64,000 nt of DNA from Marsupella aquatica (GCA_973895155.1 OZ316894.1:9968379-10032378), one strand, 5' to 3'; positions 12,841 to 24,694 are shown, numbered from the stretch's first letter. Made by a program: numbers and translations. Notes: generated by a model not told the origin, from the letters alone.

Positions 12841-13192
12841 GGGATACATTGGAACTCTTGTACGTGCATGCTTTGAGCTCGGCTCAATCTGCAATAATTT
12901 GTATGAGAAGTTCCTTATATCGCCTTAACAACTTTGCATCATTGTTTTGTTTGAAAGTGAACTACTTGCGAGTAAAGAGATACCCATGTGCATATGCTTA
13001 GAGCTTTGGCTCGGTCTATGATATTTCATATGGGTGTCACGATTTCTCGTACATATGGTCACTTGAAACATAAACAATTTTGAAGCTATAGATATTACAT
13101 AACATAGGTTGAAGTAGGGATGTTGACAAATATAAGAATTTGGGAAACTTTCATGCGCATGCTTTGAGCTTAGGCCCAGTCTACGATAATTC
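12841..13192 (+). repeat. Left copy of a ~350-bp inverted repeat containing three 32-bp direct repeats
   Basis: Aligns with the reverse complement of 20740-21089. Units GCATGCTT(T/A)GAG..GGCTCGGTCTGCGATA at 12866, 12992 and 13157. Confidence 0.85.
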
Positions 13193-13281
13193 AGCAAAGT
13201 AACCCATTGTATTATATTTGTTATATCCGCAAAATCAAAAGAATCAACCATTTTATTTTTTTACCATTGAAAGTCGTAACA

Positions 13282-15952
13282 ATGTCCGATGAAGAGGATT
13301 CGCATGAAACTGGATATCATTCCACTACTCCCAGGCCTGGTCCAACTCGTGTGCAAGAACACCCTTCAAAACAATCTCCAGTGTGGAGATATTTTGAACG
13401 ATGTGATGCGCCTTCAACATGTCATGATGTCAATCGTATCTATCGAAGATGCAAGTATTGTTTAACATATGTTACTCATCATGCAACAAGAGCAAAGGCG
13501 CATTTGATGGGAAACATCCAAAAAGGGGATGCGCCCCCCGGGGCGCCCTTGCATGCAACTGTATGGTGTCGTTGATGTGGATGCCATCAACATAATGTAC
13601 AATGTGATAAAGGTTCCACCGACCTTAAAGTACAAACGAAGGGATGGAACTCATATCTTGCGGGATGTGAGAGGCCATAGGCCAAGCGTTGGAAGTTCAT
13701 ATTCACAAGCATCCACACGAGGGTCAAACTATGTTGACATGGACGATACACATGTGAGGGAAGGAGATAGGCCAGTAAATCTTCCTAACCCAATTATGGA
13801 TGCCCATCAAATTCCAAATAGAACAAATTTGGATAAGCTTTGGGCGAAAGCTTTCTACACCAGTGGTATTCCATTCAATGTTTCAAATAATCCCTTTTTT
13901 TTAGAAGCAGTCATAGAGACTTCAAAAGGGATTGTCAATGGTTACTCTCTACCTACGATGCAAAATTTGTGATTGAAATTATTGGAAGACAATAAGGAGG
14001 ATCTCACAAAGGACATGACGCAAATTTTAAAGGAAGCAAAACCTTATGGGTATTCTCTTTCTTCAAATGAATGGGAAAACGTCCGAAGAGAACCTTTGAT
14101 GAATGTCATGTTGTTGACTTCTAAAGGTGACTTCTTCTTGGATAGTTGGAATGCTGCGCAAGCTGACAAGAAAGATGAGAAATATCTTGGCGAGATGTGG
14201 TTGAAATACATTGAGGATATTGGTGCAGATCACATTATTCAAATCGTAACTGATGAAGCACCCGCAAATCGCGTAGCAGGTTGTGAGGTAGTCATGAAAA
14301 AGTATCCTCATGTCACTTGGAGCTGGTGTGCTGCCCACATGTTTAATTTGCTGCTAGAGGATATGTGTGGTCACAAGCGTGTAGTGCTAGATGATGCTGG
14401 ATAGAATCCATTCCGAAAGATTTTTAAACGCTTGAGGTGGATAGTAAAAGCAGTTTCATCATCGCAAAAGCATTCTGCAATATTTGCAAGAAAATCTCCT
14501 GACAAAAAACTGTTGAATCCAAATGCAACTAGATTTGCGACCAATTTCCTAATGGCACAAAGAGTGTTGGAGCTAAGAGGAGCTTTACAACAGATGGTCA
14601 TTGATGATAATTGACAGTCTTATCGTGATAGACTTCCATTGCGACCAAAATCAGCTGGACACATGACGAGGGGAAAGGCAGACGAACTTAAAATGTGGAT
14701 ACAGCAAGATACATTTTGGGTTGAAGTGAAGCATACAGTTAAATTCTTTACTTCGTTGGTGAAGATGTTGCAAGAATTTGATGGTGATTCTCCGCAATCA
14801 GGTTGGTTGTATTGGAGTTTGAAAAGAGGGATTGATGTTTTGAAAGCAAGCATGGAGGATTGTCCATTGGTAACAGAGGTATTGAAACCAAAGATACTAA
14901 AAGTGTATTTGGATCAAAAAAAATTCTTACCACTGATTTTATGCTAGCGACAGCATATCTCAATCCCCAAATGTTTTTTGATGAGGACATAGATGTCGCT
15001 GGAGATCCAGAACTCTACAAGGGTTTCAGTGAATACATTGCTAGATATTCAGAACAACAGGTGAAGGAGGCAATCAACCATGATCGCGACGTCAGAGAAC
15101 TTATTTCTGCCATCCACAGTCAAGCCATTGACGCCGCAAAAAAATTCCCAACACATCAATAGCGATGGGAGCCGCCCAATCAAGTATAGGTAACGTCAGT
15201 CCAGTAGAGTGGTGGCATGCGTATGGTGCAGATTATAAACATTTGAGAATCCTGGCGCAAAAATTTTACACCAAAAAGTGTGCGCATCAGCTTGCGAGCA
15301 AAATTGGAGTTCATATGGATTTATACATTCCAAAAGTCGCAATCGATTGACAAGTGATCGAGCAAAAGATTTGGTGTTTGTATTTACAAACATGAGGATA
15401 GAGAAAGGGCTAACAAATGTTCGAAACCCGCATACGTTTATATATGAACGTTATGACCAAAGAAGAAGAACAAATGATGGACCTAGACCTATCTCCATGG
15501 AGTTGTACGGCAATGATGAGTACGATGCAACACGTGCGGCTCTTGGTGAAGAATATGTCGAAGATTATGATACAATTGATGATGCTGATGAATTGCTACA
15601 CGGATTTTCACTAGATAAGGATAGTGAGTTCTTGACTCATATTCCACCAGATACAGACATCACTGATGCAGGGGAATGGGAGAATGAAATGGATTTGGAG
15701 ATGTATCCTACAATTGATGAATCGCAAATCCAAGACGACGAAGATGCATCACTGGACACAAACTTTGTGATGCCTTCCCAACCAAGGTCACCTTGGTTGA
15801 ACTTCGCAAATGATGTGGACACAAGCAAACCATATTTCGACGAGCAACGCACAGGCACAGCAGGGCATCAGACAGATGGAAGGACATCAACCTTTTTTCA
15901 TGGATACAACAATCATGAAGGTCAAACTTCAAACGACCCACATGCAAACTAG
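13282..15952 (+). pseudogene. hAT transposase (BED zinc finger + DUF659-type RNase H core + hATC dimerisation region), disrupted by stops and frameshifts
   Basis: Consecutive + ORFs give SPVWRYF..CKYC..HATRAKAHL (BED), LWAKAFYTSGIPFN, SNEWEN (decayed SDGW), QIVTDEAPAN, WSWCAAHMFNLLLED (CxxH), NATRFATNF, VEWWHAYG..LRILA, CASACEQNWSSYGFIHSKSRNRL, then an acidic tail. ATG at 13282. Confidence 0.93.
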
Positions 15953-17064
15953 CAACACCATGCAGGTCCACCCTTGAATGCGTATGCAGGGCCAAGTGTC
16001 ATGAATCCATATACGTCGAACAGGCATATTGGCCTTGGTGGGTTTCGAGGAATATCATCATTTCAAGAACGTCGCACAATGTTCAGTCACACAATTGTGG
16101 TCCACTCAGTTGGGGCGACAAAGAAGACGAGTGGAATGCATTTTTGCGCAAAAATCGTAACAACAATGCACAAAATTTCTCTTCACAACCTTGAAGCATC
16201 TTTCCATTAGGATAATATCAAGTGTTGCTACTCTTATATTGTCTTAACTAACATAGACAAAATTATAAACAGTTATATTTTTTGTAACATGATTGTATTG
16301 TCTTGCAATGTGTTGTACCTTTTATTATTGTACAATGATTGAATAATTTATTTCTATTTGCATTTGAGAATGTCATAGCGACACACCAACGCAACATGCT
16401 TTCCAAATCTCCAACACTGACTATTTCAAAGTAGTCAATATATCACAACAAAGTCTCCCTCAATGCCTCTAATGCCCTAGTACGCTAAGACAACTGGGCC
16501 GAAACTCCAAGCCACAATAAGTTTAGGGATACCTTGTCGTTGGCCATAGCAGCCGTAGTCCATACCAGCCCCCCTCTATTAATTGGTCAGTTCATTTCAC
16601 TATGCAAAGATTTAGTCTAGCAATAGAGCACCATCATATTCAATAATAATTAGGTCGAGAGGACCTGATTATTGGACCTGAGAATGTCATTGCTTGAATA
16701 AACCTTCTCATAATAAAATAAACTTAGTTGAATTTCAAGTTGTAATGAGGGCCCATTTTTGGGGTGGGTGAATGTCCGTAGCAGCTGCACTACTTGAAGT
16801 TGGGCAGAGTTTATATGAGTACGAGAGAAGTTGTGAAATGAACACATCGGCCACATAATCAGTAATTTTCTGGTCGGGATGACCAGAAAATTTGAACTGA
16901 GAATTTTCCATATTACCGAGGGACTACATGATCACTCTGCAGTTACCCATGGAATGCAGTTACACACTCACTAATGGTCGAGAAGCTTCTCAAGCTCACC
17001 CGATTATTTCTTACGCAATGCTCCTGAAAAACTTAATTAAATATTTCCTTAGGTTTGTTCTTTT

Positions 17065-18683
17065 TTAGACATGGATATACTCAGGGCAGGAAGAGCCTTT
17101 CTCACTTCGTCTACACCATTTAGACAAGCAAGCATGATGCCATATATGACCGGAGGTTCCCAACATGGAAACATATTTAGGGCCCCAAGGATATAGGCAC
17201 CAAGTACACTTGTCGTCCTTTTCACGAACAAATGTTGCCATAGTTTTATCATTTTTCCACTTATCAAAAAACCTCTCAATACCTTCCGCGTCAACCTCCA
17301 CATCTGGGAAAAGGTTGTTGTGCCCTGTAGGATCTATGATTTGCATGTGAACAAAATTTGACGACGACAATTCTCCTTCCCCTTTGTTTGACCCCATCCC
17401 CAAAGCACCATTGTTAAATTCTTGCACCTCTTCGTGAAGATTTGATATGATGATTGCTTGCGTTGCAAGTTCACTTTAAAGATCATTAATGATCTTGTCC
17501 TTCTCCTCAATTCGTGCCAGTTCATTGCATTGACGTTCTTTTTCAGCAAGTTGTTTTGTCAACTTATTAATTTCTTCCATCTTGTCAAACAATTGACACT
17601 TGTACAACGTCACTTTAGAATTGGTCGTCGGCTTGGTCTGCTTCTTCTCAAGTGATCTCATCTTTAAATCAGCTTGTTGCAATTGTGACTTAAACTTTTC
17701 GATGTTGCCACATTCATATAGCTCCACTACATACTTCGTGCGGAGATTTGTCTCAATCACCTCAGCAACATCTGCCCCCAAGCTCTTGCATATGTTGTGC
17801 AGGTTGAACTTATCCTTGTTAGCATCAGTAACATTGTTGTTCTTTGCATGTGGAGTTCTACACCCAACACCTACAAGGATTGGTTTTTGGTGTGCGTGGA
17901 CTCCACATTGGTTAGTGGTGCTGCACGGTCAGGCATGGAGACTCGAGGAAGTACAACCGCTTTCCCCTTCTCATGCGCATATCCCTCCCCAGTCTCATCT
18001 AGCTTTCTTTTGGATCCCTTGTTGGAAGTCTCCATGGAAGGGTCCTTTGCAATAGTTGTATTCCTGTTCGTTGCAATCGCAACCACTGATGGATGCACCT
18101 GATGAGTCAGCTTGCCAACACTGTTTTCCCAACGGTAATCCACCTTCCACTTGAGAATAAATTCAGCAATCAGACATCGGATAAAAGGAGGATAAACGGA
18201 ACTCATTTTTGTTTGGGCTTTGTGTGGAGCAAACTCTTGATATTGTTGCTGCCAATGTGATTTAACACCTGCATGTGTTACTTTGGACATGGTGATTTTT
18301 TCTTGCACCCATGATCTTGTTGCCCAAAGATTCGGATCGTGAAAAACTTTTTGTGCTAATGGCCAAAAGTCTTTCTTTGGCATCAACATCTCCAATTCCT
18401 TTGCATTCATAGGCCATTCGTCATGGGGAGGATTTATATTGGGCGTTAATATAATCCATTCATCCTTGATACCCTCATCTTCCCATCTTCTTGTGTTTGG
18501 CGCCGGTATTTTATCAACCTTGGGTTTAGCCTCATAGTGAATGCCAATGGTTGTAAGATTATCCAACACAGTATTACGAAGAGCTTCATCGTCACAATAG
18601 GATCCTTGACCATCTTGCATGGTAGGATGTTGTGTCGTGAACTCTTTGTCTTCATCATCAGAAGACAATTCCCATCATACCAT
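17065..18683 (-). pseudogene. ~540-aa protein with a central coiled coil and a C-terminal RING-H2-like finger, transposon cargo, disrupted
   Basis: ATG 18683 (MV*WELSSDDED) is in frame with ORF 17871-18668. A frameshift near 17885 leads into ORF 17476-17781 (heptad-like KMEEINKLTKQLAEKERQCNELARIEEKDKIINDL), then an in-frame stop and ORF 17065-17427 ending CTWC..LGTSGHIWHHACLSKW..SSCPEY, a RING-H2 pattern with two Cys positions altered. Confidence 0.7.
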
Positions 18684-18863
18684 GTTTGCGATGTGTACGA
18701 AAGGTCTGCGATATTTGACAATGTACAAACATATTTAGCACAATTTTGGGCATTCACGACAAAGTTTGATAGAATATTATGAACAAAATGCAGAACATTA
18801 TAATTGACATACAATGAATAAACATATAATCGTTAAGGTGACCTTTACAAAACTGTGTAAACC

Positions 18864-20517
18864 CTAATCTCTAAGATATGGACTGTTGTGCAAATGCAAT
18901 GTGCAATCTGGAAACGTTCAAACTATCTTCAAACTCTAAAAAACACAATCCATTCTTTTCTTCGCATCCGTGGCCATCATTTCACAAATTATGACATCCA
19001 ATTTGGGGCCATGCACTTATGCACTCCAACCCCTCCCCCAAAACCGTGACCCCTTAGACATTCCATCCCAATTCTCTGTCAACAATGTCTCAAAAATATT
19101 CCCCAAAGCATATATATCGATACTTTCGCTAAACTCGATAGGGGTAGGTTGAACAAGCTCTGGAGCCAACTGTGGAAATTGTTTTTGGTATGCTGCTACT
19201 TTTTCTGTTGCTGTAGGCCACATCCGATTAGCTAGTAATTTGCACTGTGATTTATGCTTAGACAAGCCAAAATCACATAAACCAATATATACTTTAATAG
19301 CCACATCATGCTCGTGATCGAAATGAAGAAGGATGTTTCCAAAGTGAAGATCACAATGAAATCGATCATGCTCATGCAAGTATTGCAGTGTCTCCAGCAA
19401 AGCCAAGGCGGTTCCCAAACGGTTCTCCATAAGAGTTTCTTCTCCGAAATGAACTTGAAATCAAGGTCCGTCATGATCTGTGCCTTCCCCTTGCTCTTTG
19501 ACGATATGCCGCATTTATCAATAAAGCTACCCAAATCACCTCCATTGTAGTGATCATAAATAAGTTTTGGCGGATCCTCAATAGTCAACGCAAGAGCTCC
19601 AACGATTCCCTTATGATTCAGTCCTCCTATAAGCACTTCTTGTAATGCGTCAGTTTGTCTCTTATGCTTGTCTCCATCCTTGAACCGTTTTGCGACTAAG
19701 GTCACGTTGACTGGAATGAGAGGACAATCTAATATACGACAAATGTATACCTCTTCTTGGATTCCTTTCCCAATGCGATGTGTGTTGTGCACCTGCTCAG
19801 GTTTAAGAAAATGGATACTCCTAAGCTCTAGAACTACACGCGATGGACGTGTTCCTTTTCAAGCACTTTTGATGCTGACATCCCCAAAGTGCACAATCTC
19901 GTTAGCATATTTGACATTGCTATCAGATTTTACCATTGCCAACTCTTTACTTCACTTCACTAGCAATTCTCTCTTGTGTGTGTACATCCCGGGGTTTCCA
20001 AGCAATGTAGTGTCACCCTCCTCCACTTTGGCTGCCAAATTATCCCAAACATGCTTCTCCAAGTTGAGTGCCAAATTTTCCAGAAATCCTCCCGGTTTCT
20101 CAGTTTCATCTTCAAATGACTTCATTTGCTCTCGTGTGAAATTGTCCTCCTTCTATACACTTTCCCGCATGCAACGGGTTATTTCACCAAGAAAGTTCTT
20201 GTATCCTTTCTATCCGTGTCTTGTGAACTCCCTCTCGAACCCGTCCACCCCATACTGTTTTGGTTGAGTGTAGCGATAAAGTATCTCTTTCCATATCGAC
20301 ACTACCACATTATGTCGAATCTATTTTGCCTCTTCGTTGGCCCCTTCTATTTTCATTTCCCGACCACTTTGCTAGAATTCCTAGCATGTTCGAGAGTGTT
20401 TTGAGCATTCTTCAATGCGCCCAGAGCAACAAGATTCGGCTCATATCCCTCATTCACATGTTTTGTGATCGTCTCCAATACTTGCCTATACTCTAAACTA
20501 AAATTATTGATGGCCAT
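18864..20517 (-). pseudogene. Protein kinase (ePK/TKL-like fold) with a ~200-aa N-terminal extension, transposon cargo, disrupted
   Basis: ORFs 19232-19792 and 19017-19430 join through a frameshift: IGKGIQEEVY (Gly loop), LVAKRF (VAxK), QEV (alphaC Glu), LNHKGIV, LIYDHYNGGDL, YLHEHDRFHCDLHFGNILL, LCDFGLS, LAPEL, DIYALG and, past a stop, MMATDAKKR (subdomain XI). The frame continues upstream to ~20450 with scattered stops, so the start is approximate. Confidence 0.88.
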
Positions 20518-20739
20518 GTTTTCCCTTCACAAAAGGAATATGTGAGGGAGGAACAAAATCTTACCGAGATTTAAATAAAATCCTTCCAATAAGGTTTCAA
20601 CGACCAGCCTAAAAATTACAAGTCATATTGTTATTATCTGTTCCTGGTTTGTTTCTCTCATGAATTTTGTATTTTTATTGCACACATGATTTTAATTACC
20701 TTTAAATATAACAACAATAAAAGAGAAAGACAACAGTTA

Positions 20740-21089
20740 TAAAATATCGCAGACCGAGCGGACGCTCAAAGCATGCGCACAAAAGTGTTCTTTCTTTCAA
20801 AGTTGTTATATTCCTGCTTTGACATATGTGATTTGGTGTCTATAATTTAACACTCATTTGTAATTCAAGTAAAAACATTCTCGGTGAATCGTGGTATCCA
20901 TGCAAAGTATCGCAGACCGAGCCGAAACTCTAAGCATGCGTACATGGATTCCTCTATCTCCGCAAATGTTTTACTTAATGAACAAAGGAGACTAAATTGT
21001 TAAGGTGATATTAAGAAATTCTTGTACGGAGTATCGCAAACCAAACCGAGACTCAAAGCGTGCGCGTACAAGTGTTTCTTTATATCCCT
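20740..21089 (-). repeat. Right copy of the ~350-bp inverted repeat containing three 32-bp direct repeats
   Basis: Units TATCGCAGACCGAGC..CTC(A/T)AAGCATGC at 20745-20776, 20908-20939 and 21032-21063. The spacers also resemble those of the left arm. Confidence 0.85.
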
Positions 21090-21289
21090 CCATTTGGCTC
21101 TAAGGTTAGGGTTTAAAACACAAAGAAAACTTCAAAAACCACAAAACAAAACAAAAACAAACAAAAACAAACCAAAAACCAAAATAAAAACCAAAAACCA
21201 AAACCAAACACTTACCTCCTCCTCCTCCTCTCCTCCTCCTCCTCCTCTTCTGCAAAACCAAAAATGAGGAGGGGGAGGAAGGATCTCTT

Positions 21290-21745
21290 GCTTTTATCCT
21301 CTCCCGAGCACCCTCCCGAGCCTTTCCCGGCCGGCCCCACCCTCCAACCCTAAACCGTGAAACCCTAATCCTCCGAGCCTCCCATCCCGAACCCCGAACC
21401 TCCGAACCCCAAACCGGGCCCCCACCCGAACCCCACCTGGACCCACCCCAAAGCCCGGCCTCCCGGACCCGAACCCCACCCGGACCCCGCCCCGAACCCC
21501 CACCGAGCGCCTCCTCTCTGGGCCCGGACCCCCACCCGAACCCCAACCCGAACCCCCTGCACCTCGTCCTCCCGGACCCGAGCCGCACCCGGACCCCACC
21601 CCGAGCCCCCACCGAGCGCCTCAGCCCGGACCCGGACCCGATTAGTCACCCGAACCCCCACCCGAACCTCCTCCCGAACCCGGCCTCCCGAACCCGAACC
21701 GCGGCCGAACGTTTCCTTTCCCGGATTGCTTCCGAACCCAGGTGC
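21290..21745. repeat. Right subterminal GC-rich repeat block of the hAT element
   Basis: Many cccgaacc/cccggacc units, plus aaccctaa motifs at ~21346-21370. The block is inverted relative to the G-rich part of the left block. Confidence 0.9.
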
Positions 21746-23487
21746 CGGGTTGCCAATTTTCCGCTCGAAAACGCCCAGTTTGACGGGCAAGGTCAAACCG
21801 GGCCCTCTCCCTAATTCAGATAGACATTACGTCTCCTTCACGACACCCAAGCCATGCAAAATATTGAGTGAACAGTGCCTAAGTGCACTGTCTATAAGTA
21901 CATTCCATGTTAAGTGCAAGGACAATTGTTCGTCCGGAAAAAAATTGGCACTGTTTATACGTAGATGCATGAAAATGCTGTTTTCTTAATTGTATATAGA
22001 CTGTCACCACACGACAAATGGATAAGTGCAAGTGTATACAAAGAACCTTTGTGAATAAGAGCGTTCTCTTTTGCAAAACGAGTGAAAACATGCACAACCC
22101 TTTAAACAGCTGCAGTACAAGCGGAAACACCTGCAGTACAAGCGGAGTATGAGGCATTCCAGTCTATGTCCCTGGAAAGCTGGAAGCTGGTGAATTGCTT
22201 AAAAAGCACCGAACAATAAATGGTACGTGGTCCCGGGATCCGCCCTGGTCGCAAGTATTATAATATTAACGGCTGAGACGTGATTGATTAGTGTGAGTAG
22301 CAAGAGGATGTAGCTCTGGAGTTTCCTTGGAGGAAAGCTGAGCACAAACCACTTCTAGGAAACTGTATAACGGCAGAAGCACGCACGGCAGAAGCACGCA
22401 CTCATCTGTGTAAGTGCCTGAGAGAATATTGCAATAATTGAGAAGTGCAAACATATTCTTAATGTGTAGAGCATACAATGCATAAGTGCAGGATCATGCC
22501 TTCTTTTGAAGACCATGCACTTAGTCAGACGTGTTCACTCAGGAAGACTCTTTTCAGTTCACCTTTACTTTCAAGGGCCAAAGACAATTCGGAATTGTCT
22601 TCTGGGGATACAAATTGCGAATGGACAGGCAGACAGTCTAAATGTTAGAGTCTCTTGGTGATTAGACTGATATTATTTGCTGCTGGTGGGGTGTTGTGCG
22701 AGTAGAGTGCCAAGGCAGTGTTGCTTGTAGAGTTTTGGTTTTAAAGGTGAGAACCATGATGAGAAGTTTACTGTACAGATTCTGAAATGCTGCATAGTTT
22801 AATACAAGCGAACTCAAGTGGTTTCCTGAACAATGTTAGACAAGCAAAGAGCTTTTCTAGATCTTGCAAACCATGATATGGTAAAAAATCGGATTGCATG
22901 AAAACTTTCCAGATGAGAGAGAAATGTGAAGGGACGCGCAGAGGATAGCCAGAATGTTGTTCACCATGGGGTAAGCTGACAGTGAGAATAAGGGAAGAAA
23001 TGCGGTGGGTCAAATGATTGAGAAGAGTCAACCAGATATGGGGGCAATCTGCAAAACAACAATGGTTGGTTGCTTCAGATATAGGCAAAACGATCCCTCT
23101 TTGTTTTATCGAATTCCTGACTTTTCACTGACAATGATTGTTGTGAGGTAAATCATGTACAAAATCTCTCTATACATGTGGTTGTATATATTTGACCAAT
23201 TCTTGCAATGGAAAGTTTTGTTGTAATACTATGTTCTACCTTTGATAGGATGGAGGTGGTACATTCCTAAAATTTTACTGACCTCACAGCTCTCTCAAAT
23301 TTGTCTAGGTGATACTGCAATGGACCTTTCGTAATTGTTCCATGCAAATGTTGACAGTCCATCCAAACAAAATGTCAAATGTTGCAATTATAGGAGTCAT
23401 TTTAGGAGCTTCTAATGCTATAAATTGGCATTCTAACTTGAGATTTTGCAAGAGATCTACTAGGATTTGTGATGGAGATCCATACTA

Positions 23488-23904
23488 CTGTCCCCCCCCC
23501 CCCCCCAAACATAACATGGCATTGTGTTAAAAAATGGAAAGTTTTGGGTCCCATGACAAAAAACAATTTTGAATTCAAAACACAATGTCTTTGTAAGGTG
23601 TTGTGTTTGAATGTTGGCGTTGTGTTTGAGTTGGACTCTGTGTTTGAGTTTTGACCCCATATTGTTCTACATTGAGCACTAACAGTACAAAATTCATGAA
23701 TCATATGACAAGGACTATATTTGAGCACAAAGCCAGTATTCAAACACAATGTCCATTTTTGAACATAACGCCCTGCAAATACAAAAAATGAAAACAGAGA
23801 GTCAAAACATGATTACAATGGCCTGGGTGCACTATTTTGAATAGCGCACCCCATGATCCACTATTCTAATACAGGGCCATGGGGCTGTGTTTGGGGGAAG
23901 ATGG
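23488..23904. mobile_element. TA-flanked MITE (pogo/Tc1-mariner-like termini)
   Basis: TA|ctgtccccc..aaaca at the left and tgtttgggggaagatgg|TA at the right. The right half recurs at ~55150-55309, ending gaagacgg|TA. Confidence 0.65.
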
Positions 23905-24694
23905 TAGCTAAGGCCACTCCCAATTTTTGTTCATTGAATGAACTGTTTATGTAAACTTGCAAAGTAATAAACATTCTCAGGTTGAAAGGTGTTTGTGTTT
24001 TTCCCTGAACTCAGAACTCAGTTCATTTAACTGTAGGTGTCCTATTATTAGTTGACCTCGAAAGTACTTCCACAGAGCAGCCCATTTGTCTTTGCCCAAT
24101 TTTACCACTGCCACTGCCCATGACAAAACCTGGATCCATTAGGTTTCACCATTTTTAGTACCATTTTCCTGAAATTGTGGAGCAAAGCTTCACCCTAGAG
24201 AAGAGAAATATGAAAAAGTGGGAATTTTTGGTGGTTTAAACTAGGTTCAGCTTCTACTGCAAATAAAGTGGTATTTTCTCAGTAGAATCATCAAATATAC
24301 TCACGGGTTGAGTGAAACAATTTGAGATCTATGGATTCCCTTTAAATCACAGTTGCCATTATAAAACGTGAGGGGCCTGGTTTGCGGAAGTGAGCAATAG
24401 ACAGGCCGACCCATTCACTCCCATCATAGGAGTCTTCTCCTCTAAAACCATTGTTCATTTGCATAGGTGAACAACAGAGGCCATTGTTCATGTACATTAA
24501 GGGAACAGTAGACTCTGACCCATTCATTTCCCATCATAGGACTCTCCTCCCCGAAAAACACGTTTCGACAATTACTTGAACAATGTTGACTATTTTAGAT
24601 GCACTTTGGCCAAATCTACTTTGTGAGGGATCATCCCCTATGGTGGACGCATAAGATAACATTGATACCCAAAATACACTACAGTCTGGTCTTT

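Larger units (their letters stand above)
12058..21803 (+). mobile_element. ~9.75-kb hAT-superfamily DNA transposon carrying kinase and RING cargo genes (decayed copy)
   Basis: Left end GCCCAGTTT (12058-12066) matches the reverse complement of right end AAACCGGGC (21795-21803) at 8/9. CCTCT lies directly outside both ends (12053-12057, 21804-21808). Both ends have GC-rich subterminal repeats and share a ~350-bp inverted repeat, and a hAT transposase lies inside. Confidence 0.8.

Noticed and set aside
12866-13188. 32-bp repeats with unique spacers, superficially CRISPR-like
   Set aside because: Only three units per arm, spacers of ~95-135 bp that are shared between arms, no cas genes, and a eukaryotic context. 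Treated as regulatory repeats.
19668-20267. 199-aa plus-strand ORF
   Set aside because: Antisense shadow of the kinase pseudogene, with no recognisable motifs.
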